Shown here one piece after another: positions 62,663 to 64,000 of a DNA stretch of 64,000 bases. This DNA is from an uncultured Planctomycetales bacterium. Its GTDB lineage: Bacteria > Planctomycetota > SBBH01. The notes under the pieces were generated by a model. It did no database searches. It had not been told where the DNA came from and worked only from the letters and a program-made list of their open reading frames with translations. The DNA is taken from positions 9,632 through 73,631 of the forward strand of contig CAYVXZ010000005.1 in assembly GCA_964455625.1 (NCBI GenBank). The letters run 5' to 3'. The translations under genes were made by a program, and so were the position numbers. Position 1 is the first letter of the stretch. Each line of letters begins with the position of its first letter.

Positions 62663-64000
62663 CTATCGGCCTAGCGGGAACAACTCCGGATGAGCTCTCA
62701 TGATCTCCGGGTGAAATAGATCGAGGAAAGTTACCCCTCGCGATTGCAAAGCAGCTCTGTGACTACCCATAAGATCCCCTGTCGCTCCAAAACGAGCCGA
62801 CTCCTTAAGCTCATGAAAATAAAATTCAACGTCCTGTCTCGTCGTTGCCCCCAAACGCAGACGATCAAGCATAGCTCTTTCTCCGGCTTGCAATCTAAGT
62901 TGATCTGCACGTGAAAATTCCGGGAGTTGATTTTTCAGCACCTCATCCAAATGCGCCTCTATGCGAACCAACCCTTTTTCCGTGATGCGTAGCGTTCCTT
63001 TTTCGGTTCGCGGGAGCACTCGCACAGCCACAGATTTCTCTGAAACCTTTTCGAGGGTGAACGTCACTCCTCCCATTTCTCCGACTAGGACCTCTTTCGC
63101 GCCGGTCACTAAGCGCGGAAGATTTTCTGGAGTCGGCACAGCGAGCTTTGGCGCGATCTTCACGGCCTGCACGACCGCGTTCATTTTCAGGAAATTCAGG
63201 AAAGCGCCCGCCCCTTGCGCCGCCAGCGCCACGTGAGGACCCAACCCTCGTGTCGACGCCTGGACATCGAGGAGCGTCCCCCATCTCTGCCTGACAGAGA
63301 AATCCTCGGCTGCTGCCACCAGCTCTCCCGCCGGCCGGAAAGTGACCTTCTCCACGAAATTCCCGAACAGCGGAATGAAGTTGTAGAAGTGGACATAGGC
63401 GTGTTCCCACCGCTCCTCGGCCTCCAGGGAGTCAAACCTGTCTCCGCCAAACATCTTTCCCCATCGCGCCTCGCCGAAGGGATCCACATAGTCGGTCGGG
63501 TTGTTGCCGACGTAGGCGTAGGTGCTGCGCCCCGTCCCCAAATCCGAGTAGGCCGGATCCCGGTGATAGAAGACCGCTTCACTCGGGTCATAGACCCTGA
63601 TCCCGGCGACATCGAGCCCTGACTCCGGGTTCTTCTCGTATTGGGCGTAGTCGTAGCGGTCGGTGACGGGATTTGGGGGCCCGGGAGGGGACGCACCCAA
63701 CGGCACAGGCTCCCCCCAGGCGTTCAGGCGCAGGGATTTCGCCACGCTCCCGGCGTTATCGAGCACCTGGATCGGGGTCCCCAGCTGGTCCGTGTTGTAG
63801 AGGTGCCTGACGCCTCCAAGGGTCAATCTCACTCTCTTGTCGTCGATCCCCAGGCCGTTGACGTAAAAAAGCCCCGGCAAGAGGCTTCCGGGGCTCCCCG
63901 TGTAGTCCGTCATCACGTCCGAGCCGTCGTTGATAAACCAGGTGTTGGCGCCAGAGGCAGGCAGACGCGCCAGGCGGTCCCCCTCTGGCGTCAGCAGGTA
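62663..64000 (-). CDS. RHS repeat-associated core domain protein with variable C-terminal toxin domain (C-terminal part; gene continues beyond window end)
   Basis: RYDYAQYEKNPESGLDVAGIRVYDPSEAVFYHRDPAYSDLGTGRSTYAYVGNNPTDYVDPFGE is the RHS repeat-associated core (TIGR03696-type) ending in DPxGE, followed by a ~265-aa unassigned C-terminal domain encoded in lower-GC DNA. The reading frame stays open upstream to position 64000. Confidence 0.8.
   Translation of the reverse strand, partial: YLLTPEGDRLARLPASGANTWFINDGSDVMTDYTGSPGSLLPGLFYVNGLGIDDKRVRLTLGGVRHLYNTDQLGTPIQVLDNAGSVAKSLRLNAWGEPVPLGASPPGPPNPVTDRYDYAQYEKNPESGLDVAGIRVYDPSEAVFYHRDPAYSDLGTGRSTYAYVGNNPTDYVDPFGEARWGKMFGGDRFDSLEAEERWEHAYVHFYNFIPLFGNFVEKVTFRPAGELVAAAEDFSVRQRWGTLLDVQASTRGLGPHVALAAQGAGAFLNFLKMNAVVQAVKIAPKLAVPTPENLPRLVTGAKEVLVGEMGGVTFTLEKVSEKSVAVRVLPRTEKGTLRITEKGLVRIEAHLDEVLKNQLPEFSRADQLRLQAGERAMLDRLRLGATTRQDVEFYFHELKESARFGATGDLMGSHRAALQSRGVTFLDLFHPEIMRAHPELFPLGR

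Overview
High-GC (roughly 65-70%) chromosomal segment from a Gram-negative bacterium; AsmA, a MacAB/Lol-type efflux system and pseudopilin-like proteins all point to a diderm envelope. Core housekeeping genes are interleaved with accessory material. The core genes are prkA (partial), gap-pgk-rpe, pcnB, rpsP-trmD, selA, mgtE, guaB and prfB, the last with its programmed +1 frameshift. The most unusual content is a set of three paralogous ~1100-aa proteins at 4.3-7.6 kb and, in tandem, at 36.9-43.5 kb. Each carries an N-terminal prepilin/PilX/GspK-like hydrophobic segment, SAM/HhH-like 'LNxAP' motifs, DxDxDG calcium-type loops and a C-terminal LamG/concanavalin-like signature. The tandem pair sits next to a HEAT-repeat protein and a sigma-54 enhancer-binding protein that has a large non-canonical N-terminal domain. 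The block is flanked by two directly repeated paralogous secreted EF-hand genes that share a 213-bp identical tract, and each EF-hand gene is preceded by a near-consensus sigma-54 promoter. Other notable content: a 4-copy ~150-200 bp structured intergenic repeat family with compensatory base changes in its hairpin; a molybdopterin oxidoreductase with a fused FeS-NrfD partner and no Tat signal; a post-trmD accessory island with ORF6N and a low-GC remnant; an RHS toxin/immunity module with a low-GC C-terminal cassette; and two tandem polytopic membrane-protein paralogs. Many ORFs in the supplied track are antisense 'shadow' ORFs typical of high-GC DNA and were not called.
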